64,000 bases of DNA from an uncultured Spirochaetota bacterium (GCA_963768055.1 CAVYGN010000002.1:1408001-1472000), one strand, 5' to 3'; positions 18,096 through 28,879 are shown, counted from the stretch's first letter. The notes: generated by a model not told the origin, from the letters alone. Numbers and translations are program-made.

Positions 18096-20054
18096 ATGTC
18101 ATTTAGCAAAGCCTTTGTCATTCCAGGGTTGTTTTTTATCCTGTTCTTCGTGTCATGCGATGAATTCCTGCTTAAAAAAACTGTTTCGGTAAGTTTTCTG
18201 GAAGGGGATATAAAGTTTGATCCCTCAAATGTAGCCATGACAGGAGACCTTGTTTATACAATTGAAAACAAGCAAAATAAAACTCTCCAGGAAATATACT
18301 TTATTTCACATTCTAACGTTCTTGTCGATTCAATCAAATATAACGGAGAACTTACAAGCTTCGAGATAGGTATTGGATACGGGAGCGGTATATACAGGAT
18401 AAAGGTTCCATCCCTTCCGAAAGGCTCAACGGCTAAAATCGGAATTAAATTTCATGTAAACGGCCCGATAGAGGAAGACCGTTTCCTGCTTAATGAAGAA
18501 ACTGTCTTTATGGATGCTAAAAAGATATGGCTTCCCGTTCCTTTTGCCGATTCCCCTAATTTTCTTTATTCGATAAAAATTACCGTCCCTGAAAATTACT
18601 TTTCTGTGCTCGGGGGAAAACTAACTGAAGAAACGGTAAAAAATGAAGAAAAAACATCGGTCTGGGTAAGCGAAAGTACCGATGTACTTCATACGGGAAA
18701 TCTTTTCATAGGATTGTTCGACAGGGATCAAAAAGGGAATACGATCATTTATTCGTCCGATACGAACAATGATTCCCTGCTTTTTGATTATACTGAAAAA
18801 ACGATAGATATTCTCACAAACAAGCTTGGAAATTACCCATATACCCAGATTCATCTAGTCAACCAGCTTTATCAATATAGGGATATCGAAGGAATAGACG
18901 GCGAAAATATGGCAAATACCATACAGATTTCTCCGGAATTGTCCCTTACAAATCTAATGGATGTTCAGACCCTATTGTCGTCTTCTATTCCTTATGTACC
19001 GAGGAAGAGTTACCCAAGACTCTTAGAGGTGCTTGCCCATGAACTATGCCATGCCTATATTCCCCATATACTTAAATTCAATGAGAAAGACTATATTGAA
19101 TCCGAATCGGTAACCGAATACATGGCCCTTGCAGTCATAGCGTCATATTATCCTGATATTTATGCGAAGATGATAAAGAGAAACAGGATCGACCTTGTCA
19201 ATCTTGAACTTGCAGGTCAATCCGGGCAAACTCTTTATAAATATATTTACGGTGTTAATCTTCTCCATGCAGTTTTCGGGGACAATAGGGAAGAGTTTTT
19301 TAATTTTGTAAACACGCTGATCCAGAAATATGCATATACCGAGATCGGAATGGATGAACTACTCCAGACGGCAAAGGAAATTCAGGATGGTGAAAATTCA
19401 AACTTTATCGACAGTGATGCCCTCCAATTATGGCCTTCCTACAAACTTTATAATTACGGGCTGACAAGCACAAATATCATGATAACAAATATTACGAAGA
19501 AGGGTTTTTATCTCGAAATGAAGAGACAGATTACAATTACTCATGATTTTCCTGTACCTTTCGAGGTATCTGTTATATCGATTTTTCCTAAAAAGGTCAT
19601 AACGAACATTCTCAAGTTGGATAAAAATTCATCTACAAACCTTATAATGGGCGGTAATGTGATCTCGGTAGAGGCGGTTTCGAAGAGAGATTCGTTTGAA
19701 AACGATCGTTCCGATAACCGAATCGACTTTGATACGAATAGCAGCGGGATAATGATTCTTGAAGCCGTTAACAATTATTACAATGGTCAGAAATTGACAA
19801 ATAAGTATGTTAAAATAAATAACGACATCGATCCTGAGAACAATTTTATCTCCCTTATTCAGGATAAAGACAAGAGTCATGCAAAGAACACGGATGTAAG
19901 GTTCCAGTTCGACTCCCTAAACGAGAATAATGATCAATTGTATATACAGGCATATAAATTGTTAGGCGGTAAACCTTATTCATATGCGCTGATCCAGGTG
20001 AAAAAGGACGGGAAGAACTACATCGTTACGGGTATTATGGACCCATTATTATAA
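18096..20054 (+). CDS. Lipoprotein with M1/gluzincin-like metallopeptidase motif
   Basis: Lipobox FVSC; AHELCHAY followed 18 residues later by E (ESVTEY), i.e. HEXXH-X18-E. Confidence 0.7.
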   Translation: MSFSKAFVIPGLFFILFFVSCDEFLLKKTVSVSFLEGDIKFDPSNVAMTGDLVYTIENKQNKTLQEIYFISHSNVLVDSIKYNGELTSFEIGIGYGSGIYRIKVPSLPKGSTAKIGIKFHVNGPIEEDRFLLNEETVFMDAKKIWLPVPFADSPNFLYSIKITVPENYFSVLGGKLTEETVKNEEKTSVWVSESTDVLHTGNLFIGLFDRDQKGNTIIYSSDTNNDSLLFDYTEKTIDILTNKLGNYPYTQIHLVNQLYQYRDIEGIDGENMANTIQISPELSLTNLMDVQTLLSSSIPYVPRKSYPRLLEVLAHELCHAYIPHILKFNEKDYIESESVTEYMALAVIASYYPDIYAKMIKRNRIDLVNLELAGQSGQTLYKYIYGVNLLHAVFGDNREEFFNFVNTLIQKYAYTEIGMDELLQTAKEIQDGENSNFIDSDALQLWPSYKLYNYGLTSTNIMITNITKKGFYLEMKRQITITHDFPVPFEVSVISIFPKKVITNILKLDKNSSTNLIMGGNVISVEAVSKRDSFENDRSDNRIDFDTNSSGIMILEAVNNYYNGQKLTNKYVKINNDIDPENNFISLIQDKDKSHAKNTDVRFQFDSLNENNDQLYIQAYKLLGGKPYSYALIQVKKDGKNYIVTGIMDPLL

Positions 20055-20065
20055 TCGGAGGAATA

Positions 20066-21631
20066 ATGTCAGTTAGTTTTAATGATATGGGGCTTTCCCC
20101 AAAAATTTTAAAGGCGATCGGGGAAATGGAGTTCATAGAACCTTCCCCTATCCAGGCACTTGCAATTCCGGCAATGATGTCCGGAGATGATATTGTCGGA
20201 CAGGCGCAAACAGGAACCGGAAAAACAGCGGCTTTCGGCATTCCGATAATTGAGAAAATGAATTATCACTCCAAGCATATACAGGCACTGGTGCTTACCC
20301 CAACACGGGAACTTGCAATTCAGGTTTCCGAGGAGATCAATAAAATTGCAAGGTTCCACAAAGGTTTCACCATCGTTCCCATATACGGGGGCCAGTCTAT
20401 CGACAGGCAGATAAGGACTCTCCGGCAGGGGGTTCAAGTTGTTGTCGGTACTCCCGGGAGAATTCTAGACCACTTAAGGCGGGGCACTATCCACTTCGGC
20501 AAGGTCTCTATCGTTGTACTCGACGAGGCGGATGAAATGCTGGATATGGGTTTTCTTGACGACGTCAGGGAAATACTCTCGAATCTTGAGAATCCTGAAA
20601 AACAGACTGTGATGTTTTCGGCGACTATGCCTGGCGAAATTTTAAATATAGCTAAAACATTCCAGAATAAACCGAACTTTATTAAGATTGTACATAAGGA
20701 ACTTACCGTCCCGCTTGTCAAACAGTTCTATTTCGAAGTGAGGGAAAGCGATAAACCGGCCCTTCTTATACGGCTCATCGATTTTTACAACCCGAAATTA
20801 TCAATTGTTTTTGTTAAAACAAAAGTCGGCGTCGAGGAACTAAAAGAAAAGATCCATGCTGCGGGATATTCCGTAGAGGGTCTTCATGGCGATATGAAAC
20901 AGACCCAGCGTGACTATGTGATGAAGAGGTTCAGGAATAACGACTTCGATATTCTGATAGCGACGGATGTTGCGGCAAGGGGTATCGACGTTTATGATAT
21001 TACTATAGTCTTTAATTACGATCTGCCCCAGGACGAGGAATATTACGTTCACAGGATAGGAAGAACGGCCCGTGCCGGGAAAGACGGCATGGCGATATCG
21101 TTTGTTACAGGCAGGGAAATCAGAAAACTGAAAGAGATTGAAAATTTTATTAAATTAAGGATAGAAAGGAGAAACATACCGACTTTAAAAGACGTCGAAA
21201 GCAGCAGGAAAGACGCATTCCTTACAACAGTGAAGGAAACAATTGAAACCGGCGAACTGGATAAATATATCAATATAATATCCGAGGATCTTTACGAGTT
21301 CTCATCGGTCGAGGTAGCGGCCGCTTTAATGAGCATGATGCTTGAAAAGAAAGGCGGCGATGGGGATAGCCTTGCCGGTACTTCAAGCGATGATACTGTC
21401 CGTTTTTTTATTACTCTTGGCAGAAAGGATGATATAGGAATTAAAGACCTGATCGATTGGATCAGGGAGCGTTCTGGATTACGAGGGCAGGATTTGATGG
21501 ATATAGCACTGATGGAAAAATTTTCCTTTGTCAGCGTTCCTTCGTCCAATTCATCCCATTTCCTTGAGTCGGTTAACGGGGCTTCTTTTAAAGGAAGAAA
21601 GATCCATGTTGAATTGGCGACAAAAAGATGA
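20066..21631 (+). CDS. deaD: DEAD-box RNA helicase with C-terminal DbpA-type RNA-binding domain
   Basis: AQTGTGKT, PTRELA, TPGR, DEAD, SAT and HRIGRTAR motifs; C-terminal RRM-like domain. Confidence 0.93.
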   Translation: MSVSFNDMGLSPKILKAIGEMEFIEPSPIQALAIPAMMSGDDIVGQAQTGTGKTAAFGIPIIEKMNYHSKHIQALVLTPTRELAIQVSEEINKIARFHKGFTIVPIYGGQSIDRQIRTLRQGVQVVVGTPGRILDHLRRGTIHFGKVSIVVLDEADEMLDMGFLDDVREILSNLENPEKQTVMFSATMPGEILNIAKTFQNKPNFIKIVHKELTVPLVKQFYFEVRESDKPALLIRLIDFYNPKLSIVFVKTKVGVEELKEKIHAAGYSVEGLHGDMKQTQRDYVMKRFRNNDFDILIATDVAARGIDVYDITIVFNYDLPQDEEYYVHRIGRTARAGKDGMAISFVTGREIRKLKEIENFIKLRIERRNIPTLKDVESSRKDAFLTTVKETIETGELDKYINIISEDLYEFSSVEVAAALMSMMLEKKGGDGDSLAGTSSDDTVRFFITLGRKDDIGIKDLIDWIRERSGLRGQDLMDIALMEKFSFVSVPSSNSSHFLESVNGASFKGRKIHVELATKR

Positions 21632-21643
21632 TAGTATTATTAT

Positions 21644-22093
21644 ATGGCAAAAATAGAAGTCAGGGTTGAAGCTGTCATTTATTCCCAGGCACAAGAAATA
21701 CTTTTGGTCAAGCATAGAAAACATGGCCAGTCCTACTGGGTTCTCCCGGGAGGTCATCTTGAACAGGAGGAAACTCTTTCGGAATGCATCGAGAGGGAAC
21801 TGCTGGAGGAGCTTTATATTGAGAACCCCAGGGCGAAAGAGCTCGTTTTTGTTGATGAATTTATTGACCGGGAAAACCCCAGGCATGTGGTAAAAATAGG
21901 GTTTCTTGTTGAAATTATTCCAGGGAAAGAGAATAAGATAAACGTGAGAGCTTCTGAGGAAGCGGTTGTGGATGCCCGTTTTTATAGCATTGATAATATA
22001 AAAAACTCGAAGGAAGAATTCTATCCTTCCAGCGAATTTTTCCTGGAGCTACTGGAATTTAAATACCGGGAACAATCAATGGACGATAATTAA
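21644..22093 (+). CDS. NUDIX hydrolase
   Basis: LPGGHLEQEETLSECIERELLEEL Nudix box. Confidence 0.9.
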   Translation: MAKIEVRVEAVIYSQAQEILLVKHRKHGQSYWVLPGGHLEQEETLSECIERELLEELYIENPRAKELVFVDEFIDRENPRHVVKIGFLVEIIPGKENKINVRASEEAVVDARFYSIDNIKNSKEEFYPSSEFFLELLEFKYREQSMDDN

Positions 22094-23211
22094 TGAAATC
22101 TATTCCTTTCCTGGAAACTCTCAATGAATGGGCTTCTTTTGATTTTAAAGGATATCTTGGAAGTATAAGTGAAAATGACATCGAAAAAAGCCTGTTTAAA
22201 CAAAATCTTTCAAATTTGGATTTTTTAAACCTCCTGTCAGAAGCAGCCTCCCCTTATCTTGAAAAAATGGCGCAAAAATCATCAAGTCTGACGATTAAAA
22301 ATTTCGGTAAGGCCATTGCGCTTTATATTCCTCTTTATATCTCGAATTATTGTGTGAATGAATGCTCCTATTGCGGATTTAATAAATCGAACAGGATCTC
22401 CCGTTCTAAACTTTCAATGGAAGAAATTGAAAAAAATGCCAGGGAAATATTCAGGACCGGCCTTAAGCATATACTTGTACTGACGGGAGAGTCAAGGGAT
22501 GAGACGCCGGTAAACTATCTGGAAGAAGCTGTGCGTTTGTTAAAAAAAATCTTCTCATCGGTTTCAATTGAAGTATTTCCGATGGACGTTCCGGATTATA
22601 AAAAACTGGTGCAGGCGGGAGCCGACGGATTGACCATATATCAGGAGACATATAACAGGGCATTATACGGCAAAGTCCACCTGAGCGGTCCTAAGAAGAA
22701 TTTCGATTACAGGCTGGGGGCGCCTGAAAGGGGGGCAGCCGCCTTCTTCAGATCGGTAAGCATAGGACCCCTTTTCGGGCTCGGCGACCCTCTGGAGGAA
22801 GCGTTTTTTTGCGGCCTGCATGCCAGGCATCTTTTCACGAGCTTTCCCGGGGTCGAAGTGGGGATATCACTTCCCCGGTTAAACGAGGCGGAAGGGAAAT
22901 TTAAAGCGATCTATCCCCTTTCCGATAAAAATTTCGTACAGTATCTCGCCGCTTTGAGGCTTTTCCTGCCCAGGGCCGGTATAGCTCTTTCAACAAGGGA
23001 AAGGGCCGCATTCAGGGACAACCTTATAGGTCTGGGAATAACAAAGATGTCGGGTGGCTCAAGCACGAGCGTCGGGGGTTATTGCGGCAAGCCCGATACT
23101 CCCCAGTTCGAAGTGTCCGATCACAGGAGCGTGGCCGAAATCGCTCATGTCATTATGGAAAAGGGTTATGACCCGGTTTATAAGGATTGGGACAATTTTA
23201 ATTTAAATTAG
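22093..23211 (+). CDS. thiH: 2-iminoacetate synthase (radical SAM)
   Basis: PLYISNYCVNECSYCGF (CxxxCxxC), LTGE, YQETY, STRE and QFEVSD.RS motifs; ThiH-like length, with no HydG C-terminal extension. Confidence 0.88.
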   Translation: MKSIPFLETLNEWASFDFKGYLGSISENDIEKSLFKQNLSNLDFLNLLSEAASPYLEKMAQKSSSLTIKNFGKAIALYIPLYISNYCVNECSYCGFNKSNRISRSKLSMEEIEKNAREIFRTGLKHILVLTGESRDETPVNYLEEAVRLLKKIFSSVSIEVFPMDVPDYKKLVQAGADGLTIYQETYNRALYGKVHLSGPKKNFDYRLGAPERGAAAFFRSVSIGPLFGLGDPLEEAFFCGLHARHLFTSFPGVEVGISLPRLNEAEGKFKAIYPLSDKNFVQYLAALRLFLPRAGIALSTRERAAFRDNLIGLGITKMSGGSSTSVGGYCGKPDTPQFEVSDHRSVAEIAHVIMEKGYDPVYKDWDNFNLN

Positions 23212-23221
23212 GCGCTTTTTC

Positions 23222-24409
23222 ATGAAAACAAAAAAAAATAAATTTTTCGACACAGATAAATTTGTATCAGTGTTATTCTCGTTGAGGCATATTGTTCTTC
23301 CGGTTATATCATTTCTCATACTCGGCATTATCCTGCTTTTAAGCTATTTATTTATTTCAAATGAAAGGGACGCAATTATCAAAAAAACGGAAGAGATGTG
23401 CATTTCTACAGCCAAGGGTCTGTCAAGCGCTGCAATCGAGGCAATCACCCAGGAAAGAACAGTCCTGATCAACGATTATATAAGCGACCTTAAAGGATTT
23501 GCAATTGACGGCCTCGACAAAACGTACGTGATTGAATATGAAAGAGTTAAAGGAAAAGACAGCCGGATCAATTATAAGGGAGTGATCATCGGAAGTCTTG
23601 ATTACAGGGATGTGGGCAAGCCTGTAACGGATAATGAAATAAAAAATTTTTTATCCGTCAAGGAATTAAAATTAAATGTTTTGAAAAGGAACGGCAGGAA
23701 CTATTACGTGTACTATTATCCGATCGTGTGGAAAGTTAAATCGTCATCCTACGTTCTTGGAATGATAATGATAGAGTTTCTGGAATCGAAGATCCTTAAA
23801 ACTTTTTACTCCGCTATGACTGTGACCCTATCGATCAGTATAACCGGTTTTCTTGTAACTCTCTTTCTAGTCGGTATGAATATGGTCCTGACGAGGAGAC
23901 TGGAAAACACCCTGGAAAAAGTAAGGCTTTTGTCTGTCACGGATGAATTAACTAAAATTTACAATCGGAAAAAATTTAACGAAGTCTTTAATGATGAAAT
24001 CGGAAAGTTCAAAAGGTATGGCAGGCCTTTATCCCTTATTATGTTCGATATAGATCATTTCAAAAAAATTAACGATACCTACGGTCATAATACCGGTGAT
24101 GTTATTCTTGCGAATGTCGTTTCCACGATTAAACCCATGATAAGAGAAACCGATCTTTTTGCGCGCTGGGGTGGTGAAGAGTTTATGATACTTACTCCGG
24201 ACACCGGAAAAAGCGGGGCATCGGAATTTGCAGAAAGGATCAGGATTAAAATATGCGGTAAAATTTTCGATAAAATCGGATCTCTGACCTGTAGTTTCGG
24301 GGTTTCTACTCTAACCGGAACGGAAACCGGCGATGATTTGTTGAGACGCGTTGATGGTGCTCTTTATGAAGCCAAAGATAACGGAAGGAACAGGGTGGTG
24401 ACAATTTAA
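23222..24409 (+). CDS. Membrane-anchored diguanylate cyclase
   Basis: Two TMs flank a periplasmic domain; TDELT, FDIDHFKKINDTYGH and RxxD...RWGGEEF motifs. Confidence 0.92.
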   Translation: MKTKKNKFFDTDKFVSVLFSLRHIVLPVISFLILGIILLLSYLFISNERDAIIKKTEEMCISTAKGLSSAAIEAITQERTVLINDYISDLKGFAIDGLDKTYVIEYERVKGKDSRINYKGVIIGSLDYRDVGKPVTDNEIKNFLSVKELKLNVLKRNGRNYYVYYYPIVWKVKSSSYVLGMIMIEFLESKILKTFYSAMTVTLSISITGFLVTLFLVGMNMVLTRRLENTLEKVRLLSVTDELTKIYNRKKFNEVFNDEIGKFKRYGRPLSLIMFDIDHFKKINDTYGHNTGDVILANVVSTIKPMIRETDLFARWGGEEFMILTPDTGKSGASEFAERIRIKICGKIFDKIGSLTCSFGVSTLTGTETGDDLLRRVDGALYEAKDNGRNRVVTI

Positions 24410-24452
24410 GATATAAGGGATCCGAAGGGGACGTATCAATGATTATAATGAC

Positions 24453-24555
24453 TTGTCATTTCGAGGAGCGAAGCGTTTATCCCCGTAGGGGGACGAGAAA
24501 TCTTCCTCTTGGGAAGATTTTTCCCACAAGGTAAACCCTTCGGTCGAAATGACAA
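24453..24555. repeat. About 100-bp palindromic REP/MITE-like element
   Basis: Perfect 12-bp terminal inverted repeat TTGTCATTTCGA/TCGAAATGACAA and inner stem GAGAAATCTTCC/GGAAGATTTTTC; lies between convergent genes. Confidence 0.8.
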
Positions 24556-24598
24556 ATCTATATTCGCGAATCGTCATTCGAACTTCGAAATTCGTAAT

Positions 24599-25312
24599 TC
24601 ATTGCTTTATCATGGATAAAGAGTTTATCTTCCTGTCATAGTTGGAAGATATTAACAGTGAGATCAAATCCAGTAGATTTATTATGACCGACCGTGAAAT
24701 CTTTTTATCGTCCATAAATGCAAGATCCGGGCTGGCGGCTATGTCTTTAATAAGCCTTATGGAGCCGTTTCCCAGTTTGAAACCGGATTTCTCAATATCT
24801 GTCTTGAAGATAGAATAATCATCTGGAATCTTAAAACCGGGGAGAAGGCCTTCAGCCTCCAGGAGTTTAATAATAAAGTAAATAGAGTATTTTTCCGCGC
24901 TCCCGTTGTCGTTTAAGCGAACCATGGTTTTAAGGAGCAGGTCGAACTGTGCAAATGGTTCTTCCCTCGCAAGCATAATGGTCAGAATTTCGAATATGAA
25001 AAAAACATATGAAAGTGAATGAAAATTTGAAGTGATCCCGTCAAAAGACCTTTCGCAGGACGCTTCTTTTAATGCGGGCAGGGACTCGGGGTTTTTTCTA
25101 CTGCAGACGCCGGAAATAAGTTCGGTTACCAGAAGTGCTTCCCTTCTGGAACTTTTTTCCGCCCCTGAACCGTATGAGACAATATCCAGCAAACCCTTTT
25201 CCCTGTCGATTACTGTAAGTATGGAGCTGCCTTCCCCGAAATCGCGTTTTGTTATAGCAAATCCGTAAAAAGAGAGGTATCTGCTTTCGGTCGGGGGCAT
25301 CGGCTTATTCAA
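24599..25312 (-). CDS. recO: DNA repair protein RecO
   Basis: N-terminal OB fold (RDFGEGS.IL.V...KG...SYG..SSRR) and a helical domain with F.IKLL..EG.LP. Confidence 0.75.
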   Translation of the reverse strand: MNKPMPPTESRYLSFYGFAITKRDFGEGSSILTVIDREKGLLDIVSYGSGAEKSSRREALLVTELISGVCSRKNPESLPALKEASCERSFDGITSNFHSLSYVFFIFEILTIMLAREEPFAQFDLLLKTMVRLNDNGSAEKYSIYFIIKLLEAEGLLPGFKIPDDYSIFKTDIEKSGFKLGNGSIRLIKDIAASPDLAFMDDKKISRSVIINLLDLISLLISSNYDRKINSLSMIKQ

Positions 25313-25803
25313 GCCTTGTTTTCGTAATTTATTTTTTCAAGGATCTCGTAACCCTTCAGATGTCCCCTCTTATCGAAAAATTCTTTAACTATAGCAAAAT
25401 CGCCGGACCCGACATAATAAATCCTCTTGTACTTACCAAGCTTGGGAGAGTTCTCCCTTGAAAGTTCCCTTAGTACGCAATCGAAATGAGTGAGTTCATC
25501 GGTTACCCTCCTGCGGATGGCTGTGTAATGGTTTCGAATAGGCATTCCGCAAATCCGGCAGATGACATCGCCTGCGGTCGTCTGCAGGGGCTCCTGGTCT
25601 GGCGCCGGCTGCTCGGGAGCCGCCTGCTCGAGAACCTCGGGAAACTCGGATGACGCCGGGGTTTCCCGGGGAGTAGACTCAGGCTCCGGGGATGGGGCGT
25701 CTGCTTCTGTATTAACAATAGATTTCTCATCGGGCTGGTTAATAGAACCTTTTTTATAATTAGGTTTTTGATTGAACCAGTGTTTTTTCTTTTTATTGAA
25801 CAT
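25309..25803 (-). CDS. Hypothetical protein with disordered N-terminus and CxxC...HxxC putative Zn site
   Basis: RBS GGAGG before ATG 25803; CRIC...THFDC...YYVGSG.F; overlaps the recO start. Confidence 0.65.
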   Translation of the reverse strand: MFNKKKKHWFNQKPNYKKGSINQPDEKSIVNTEADAPSPEPESTPRETPASSEFPEVLEQAAPEQPAPDQEPLQTTAGDVICRICGMPIRNHYTAIRRRVTDELTHFDCVLRELSRENSPKLGKYKRIYYVGSGDFAIVKEFFDKRGHLKGYEILEKINYENKA

Positions 25804-25872
25804 GGGTTTCCTCCGGGTCAATATTTTAAACAATACCGGTGTTTTTGGCAATAATTGGAGGCGAGCATAACC

Positions 25873-26727
25873 TTATTGAATGGTTAAATTCCAATTCTGT
25901 ATTGTCGTAGTGCCCGTTCCTCCCATCACCTCGTTCCCGAATTCTATCGAAGCGATATAAAGGGAACTTGAAACACCCCATTTATTAATCATATCTTTAA
26001 AAATTCCGGAGATGTCGATGCTTCCATTATATAATGGTGACTCGGCGACATAGGCTATGTAAGTCCATGATTCTGAAGTTCCACTCGCCATGTTATCGTT
26101 TGTCCATGCATCGAAAACCGTACCGCTTATATTAATACCCGTGGCCACCAGCTTACCCGCAGGATTGAAACCCGAATGGTCCAGCCAGATCATGATCTCG
26201 TACCGTATGTCAGCGCTTGAAGGCGAGGATGTCGCAGTGACCCAGATGTCGAATGCAAGGTCGTATTTACCCGTATGCGAGGATAATATATTGAAATTTG
26301 CAGTAATGGTTTTACCAGCGCTGATTTGAACGGGGATGCCTGACGGCGTGCCCCACGATCCGCCCCCCCATGGGGAATATCCGTACCCGACTTCGGGGTA
26401 GGCGACAACGGAAGAATCAGAAAGGGGCCAATTCCATGTCCACCCGAAAGTTTTGCCTGTTGCATCGGAAAAAATGCCCTGGCTGTATGATCCGGTGGCT
26501 GCACCGCTATTCCATTCGTTATTTTCAACCCTGAAACTCCCGAGCTGAATTGTCGCGTAAGCAGCTCCAGAATTCTGAGTTGAACTGATCTGCGGGCTGT
26601 AGGATGGACCATTATTAACGCCGCCTCCCCCGCTGTTTCCCCCGTTTCCGGGGTTTAAGTTGCAAGCGGAAAGAGCCATGATGCAGATCAAAGCCGCCGA
26701 CATGCTGATTTTATGCATTAATGTCAC
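25873..26727 (-). CDS. GH12 endoglucanase lipoprotein
   Basis: Lipobox LSAC; NNEWN, AYPE, YDLAFDIW, EIMIWL and SIEFGNE GH12 motifs. True start may be ATG 26718. Confidence 0.88.
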   Translation of the reverse strand: MTLMHKISMSAALICIMALSACNLNPGNGGNSGGGGVNNGPSYSPQISSTQNSGAAYATIQLGSFRVENNEWNSGAATGSYSQGIFSDATGKTFGWTWNWPLSDSSVVAYPEVGYGYSPWGGGSWGTPSGIPVQISAGKTITANFNILSSHTGKYDLAFDIWVTATSSPSSADIRYEIMIWLDHSGFNPAGKLVATGINISGTVFDAWTNDNMASGTSESWTYIAYVAESPLYNGSIDISGIFKDMINKWGVSSSLYIASIEFGNEVMGGTGTTTIQNWNLTIQ

Positions 26728-26913
26728 CCCTGTTGGTTAATTCAACCTATATATATACAATATACTAAAAAAAAACACAAACATTTTATCCTAGCCTGGA
26801 ATTAACCACAGATTAAACAGATGGCAAATGAAAAACATCTTAGTCCCCTTTACAGTGAGTTATAATCTCTGTTATAATTTTATATGGATTTCACAATTCG
26901 GGAGGAATTATTC

Positions 26914-28821
26914 ATGCCTAATAGAACAATACCACGGCTTTTTGAGGATAGTACCGAGAGGTTCGGGAAAAATATCCTTATCTGGGAAAAATTAAATAAT
27001 CAATACGAAGGAATGACATATAATGAAATGAGGGAGCGGGTCCGTCATTTCTCTTCAGGGCTCCAGCTTATCGGCCTGGAAAGAAATAACAGGGCTGCAC
27101 TTCTGGCCGAAGGCCGGAATGACTGGGTAATGAGCGAGCTGGCGGTGCTTTATGCCGGGGCTGTCAATGTGCCCCTCTCCGTTAAAATCGACGAACTCTC
27201 CGAACTGAAATTCCGTTTATCACACTCGGAATCCAGGCTTGCAATAGTATCCAAAAGCCAGATATCTAAAATCCGCAAAATTAAAGCAGATCTTCCGGAC
27301 CTGGAATATATTGTTTCACTTGACCCGCTGGAATTTTATGAAACCGATGAATTTTTTGCCGGAAACTTGCTCGAAAGAGGCAGGGAATATTTCAGGGAAC
27401 ATCAGGTACAATTTGAGAAGGTCTGGAAATCCGTGGAAGAAAATGATTATGCCAATATCTGCTATACCTCCGGCACTGTAGCGGACCCGAAGGGCGTTAT
27501 CTTAACTCACCGGAACTACACCGCCAATATCGAGCAGGCTTCGGAACTATTTTACGTCCCGGAATGGTACATATCGCTCTTAATTTTGCCATGGGACCAT
27601 TGTTTTGCCCATACTTGCGGCATTTATGCCCTTATGAAAAATGGCGGAAGCATGGCTTCCGTCAAGCCGGGCTCGACGCCCCTTGAAACTTTAAAAAATA
27701 TTCCGGTCAATATCAGGGAAACCCGTCCGACGTTTTTACTCTCCGTTCCTGCCCTGGCTAAGAGTTTTAAAAAAAACATTGAAAAAGCTATTCATGAAAA
27801 AGGGCCTTTACTTGAGAATCTTTTTTACAGCGCTCTAAATCTGGCTTACAGCTACAACGCCGAGGGGTATAATAAGGGCCGTGGTTTAAAAATACTTGAA
27901 AAGCCGCTTTATTTAATGGCGGATAAACTGATTTTCAGCAGGATCAGGGAAAATTTTGGAGGGAGGCTGAAGTTTTTTTCCGGCGGCGGCGCGCTTCTGG
28001 ATATCGAGCTTCAGCGTTTTTTCTACGCGATAGGCATTCCCATGTACCAGGGCTATGGACTGACGGAATCCTCCCCTGTAATTTCTTCAAATACTCCGGA
28101 TAAGCACAAATTGGGTTCTTCAGGCATAATAGCAAAAAATATCGAGGTTAAAATATGCGATCCGGCGGGAAAAGAGCTTCCGGCCGGAGAAAGCGGTGAA
28201 ATAACCGTCAGGGGCGAAAATATTATGGCAGGCTACTGGAAGAATGAGAAAGCGACGCTGGAAACATTACGCGGCGGCTGGCTTTGGACCGGGGATATGG
28301 GGTATCTTGACGGGGATGGTTTCCTATATGTACTTGGCAGGTATAAAAGCCTTTTGATCGGTAATGACGGTGAAAAATTCAGCCCCGAGGGTATAGAGGA
28401 GACTATTACCGAACATTCTGAATATATTGAGCAGATCATGCTTTATAATAACCAGAATCCCTATACGGTAGCGCTGCTGGTGCCGAATAAAGAAGCGATT
28501 ACAAGATATTTAAAGGATTGCAACCTGACCTGCCTTACCGAGGAAGGCCAGGACAGGGCGCTTCTTCTATTAAAAAGTGAAATCGATAAATACAGGGACG
28601 GAGGGAAGAATGAGGGCCTCTTTCCTGTTAAATGGCTTCCATCGGCTATTGCCGTTCTGGGGGAAGGATTTACAGAACAGAATCATTTTTTAAACAGTAC
28701 TTTGAAAATAGTCAGGGGAAGGATTATCGAGTTTTATAAAAACAGGATTGAATTTCTCTACACTCCCCAGGCAAAGGAAATATGCAATCATTCAAACAGG
28801 ATAATCATAGGGCGAATATAG
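26914..28821 (+). CDS. Long-chain fatty acid-CoA ligase (AMP-binding)
   Basis: YTSGT..PKGV, YQGYGLTES, GYWKN and TGDMG...GRYK motifs; start after RBS GGGAGG. Confidence 0.9.
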   Translation: MPNRTIPRLFEDSTERFGKNILIWEKLNNQYEGMTYNEMRERVRHFSSGLQLIGLERNNRAALLAEGRNDWVMSELAVLYAGAVNVPLSVKIDELSELKFRLSHSESRLAIVSKSQISKIRKIKADLPDLEYIVSLDPLEFYETDEFFAGNLLERGREYFREHQVQFEKVWKSVEENDYANICYTSGTVADPKGVILTHRNYTANIEQASELFYVPEWYISLLILPWDHCFAHTCGIYALMKNGGSMASVKPGSTPLETLKNIPVNIRETRPTFLLSVPALAKSFKKNIEKAIHEKGPLLENLFYSALNLAYSYNAEGYNKGRGLKILEKPLYLMADKLIFSRIRENFGGRLKFFSGGGALLDIELQRFFYAIGIPMYQGYGLTESSPVISSNTPDKHKLGSSGIIAKNIEVKICDPAGKELPAGESGEITVRGENIMAGYWKNEKATLETLRGGWLWTGDMGYLDGDGFLYVLGRYKSLLIGNDGEKFSPEGIEETITEHSEYIEQIMLYNNQNPYTVALLVPNKEAITRYLKDCNLTCLTEEGQDRALLLLKSEIDKYRDGGKNEGLFPVKWLPSAIAVLGEGFTEQNHFLNSTLKIVRGRIIEFYKNRIEFLYTPQAKEICNHSNRIIIGRI

Positions 28822-28879
28822 GAAAAATTTTATATTAGGGCATTGAGGCAAAAAAATAATTTAATTAATATCTTTTCTA

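Noticed and set aside
22093..23211. HydG hydrogenase maturase
   Set aside because: Too short and lacks the C-terminal Cys motif; better fits ThiH, although thiG/thiS are not adjacent.
24562..24600. TTCG(A/T)A heptamer-like tandem repeat
   Set aside because: Only 3-4 degenerate units; too short to interpret.
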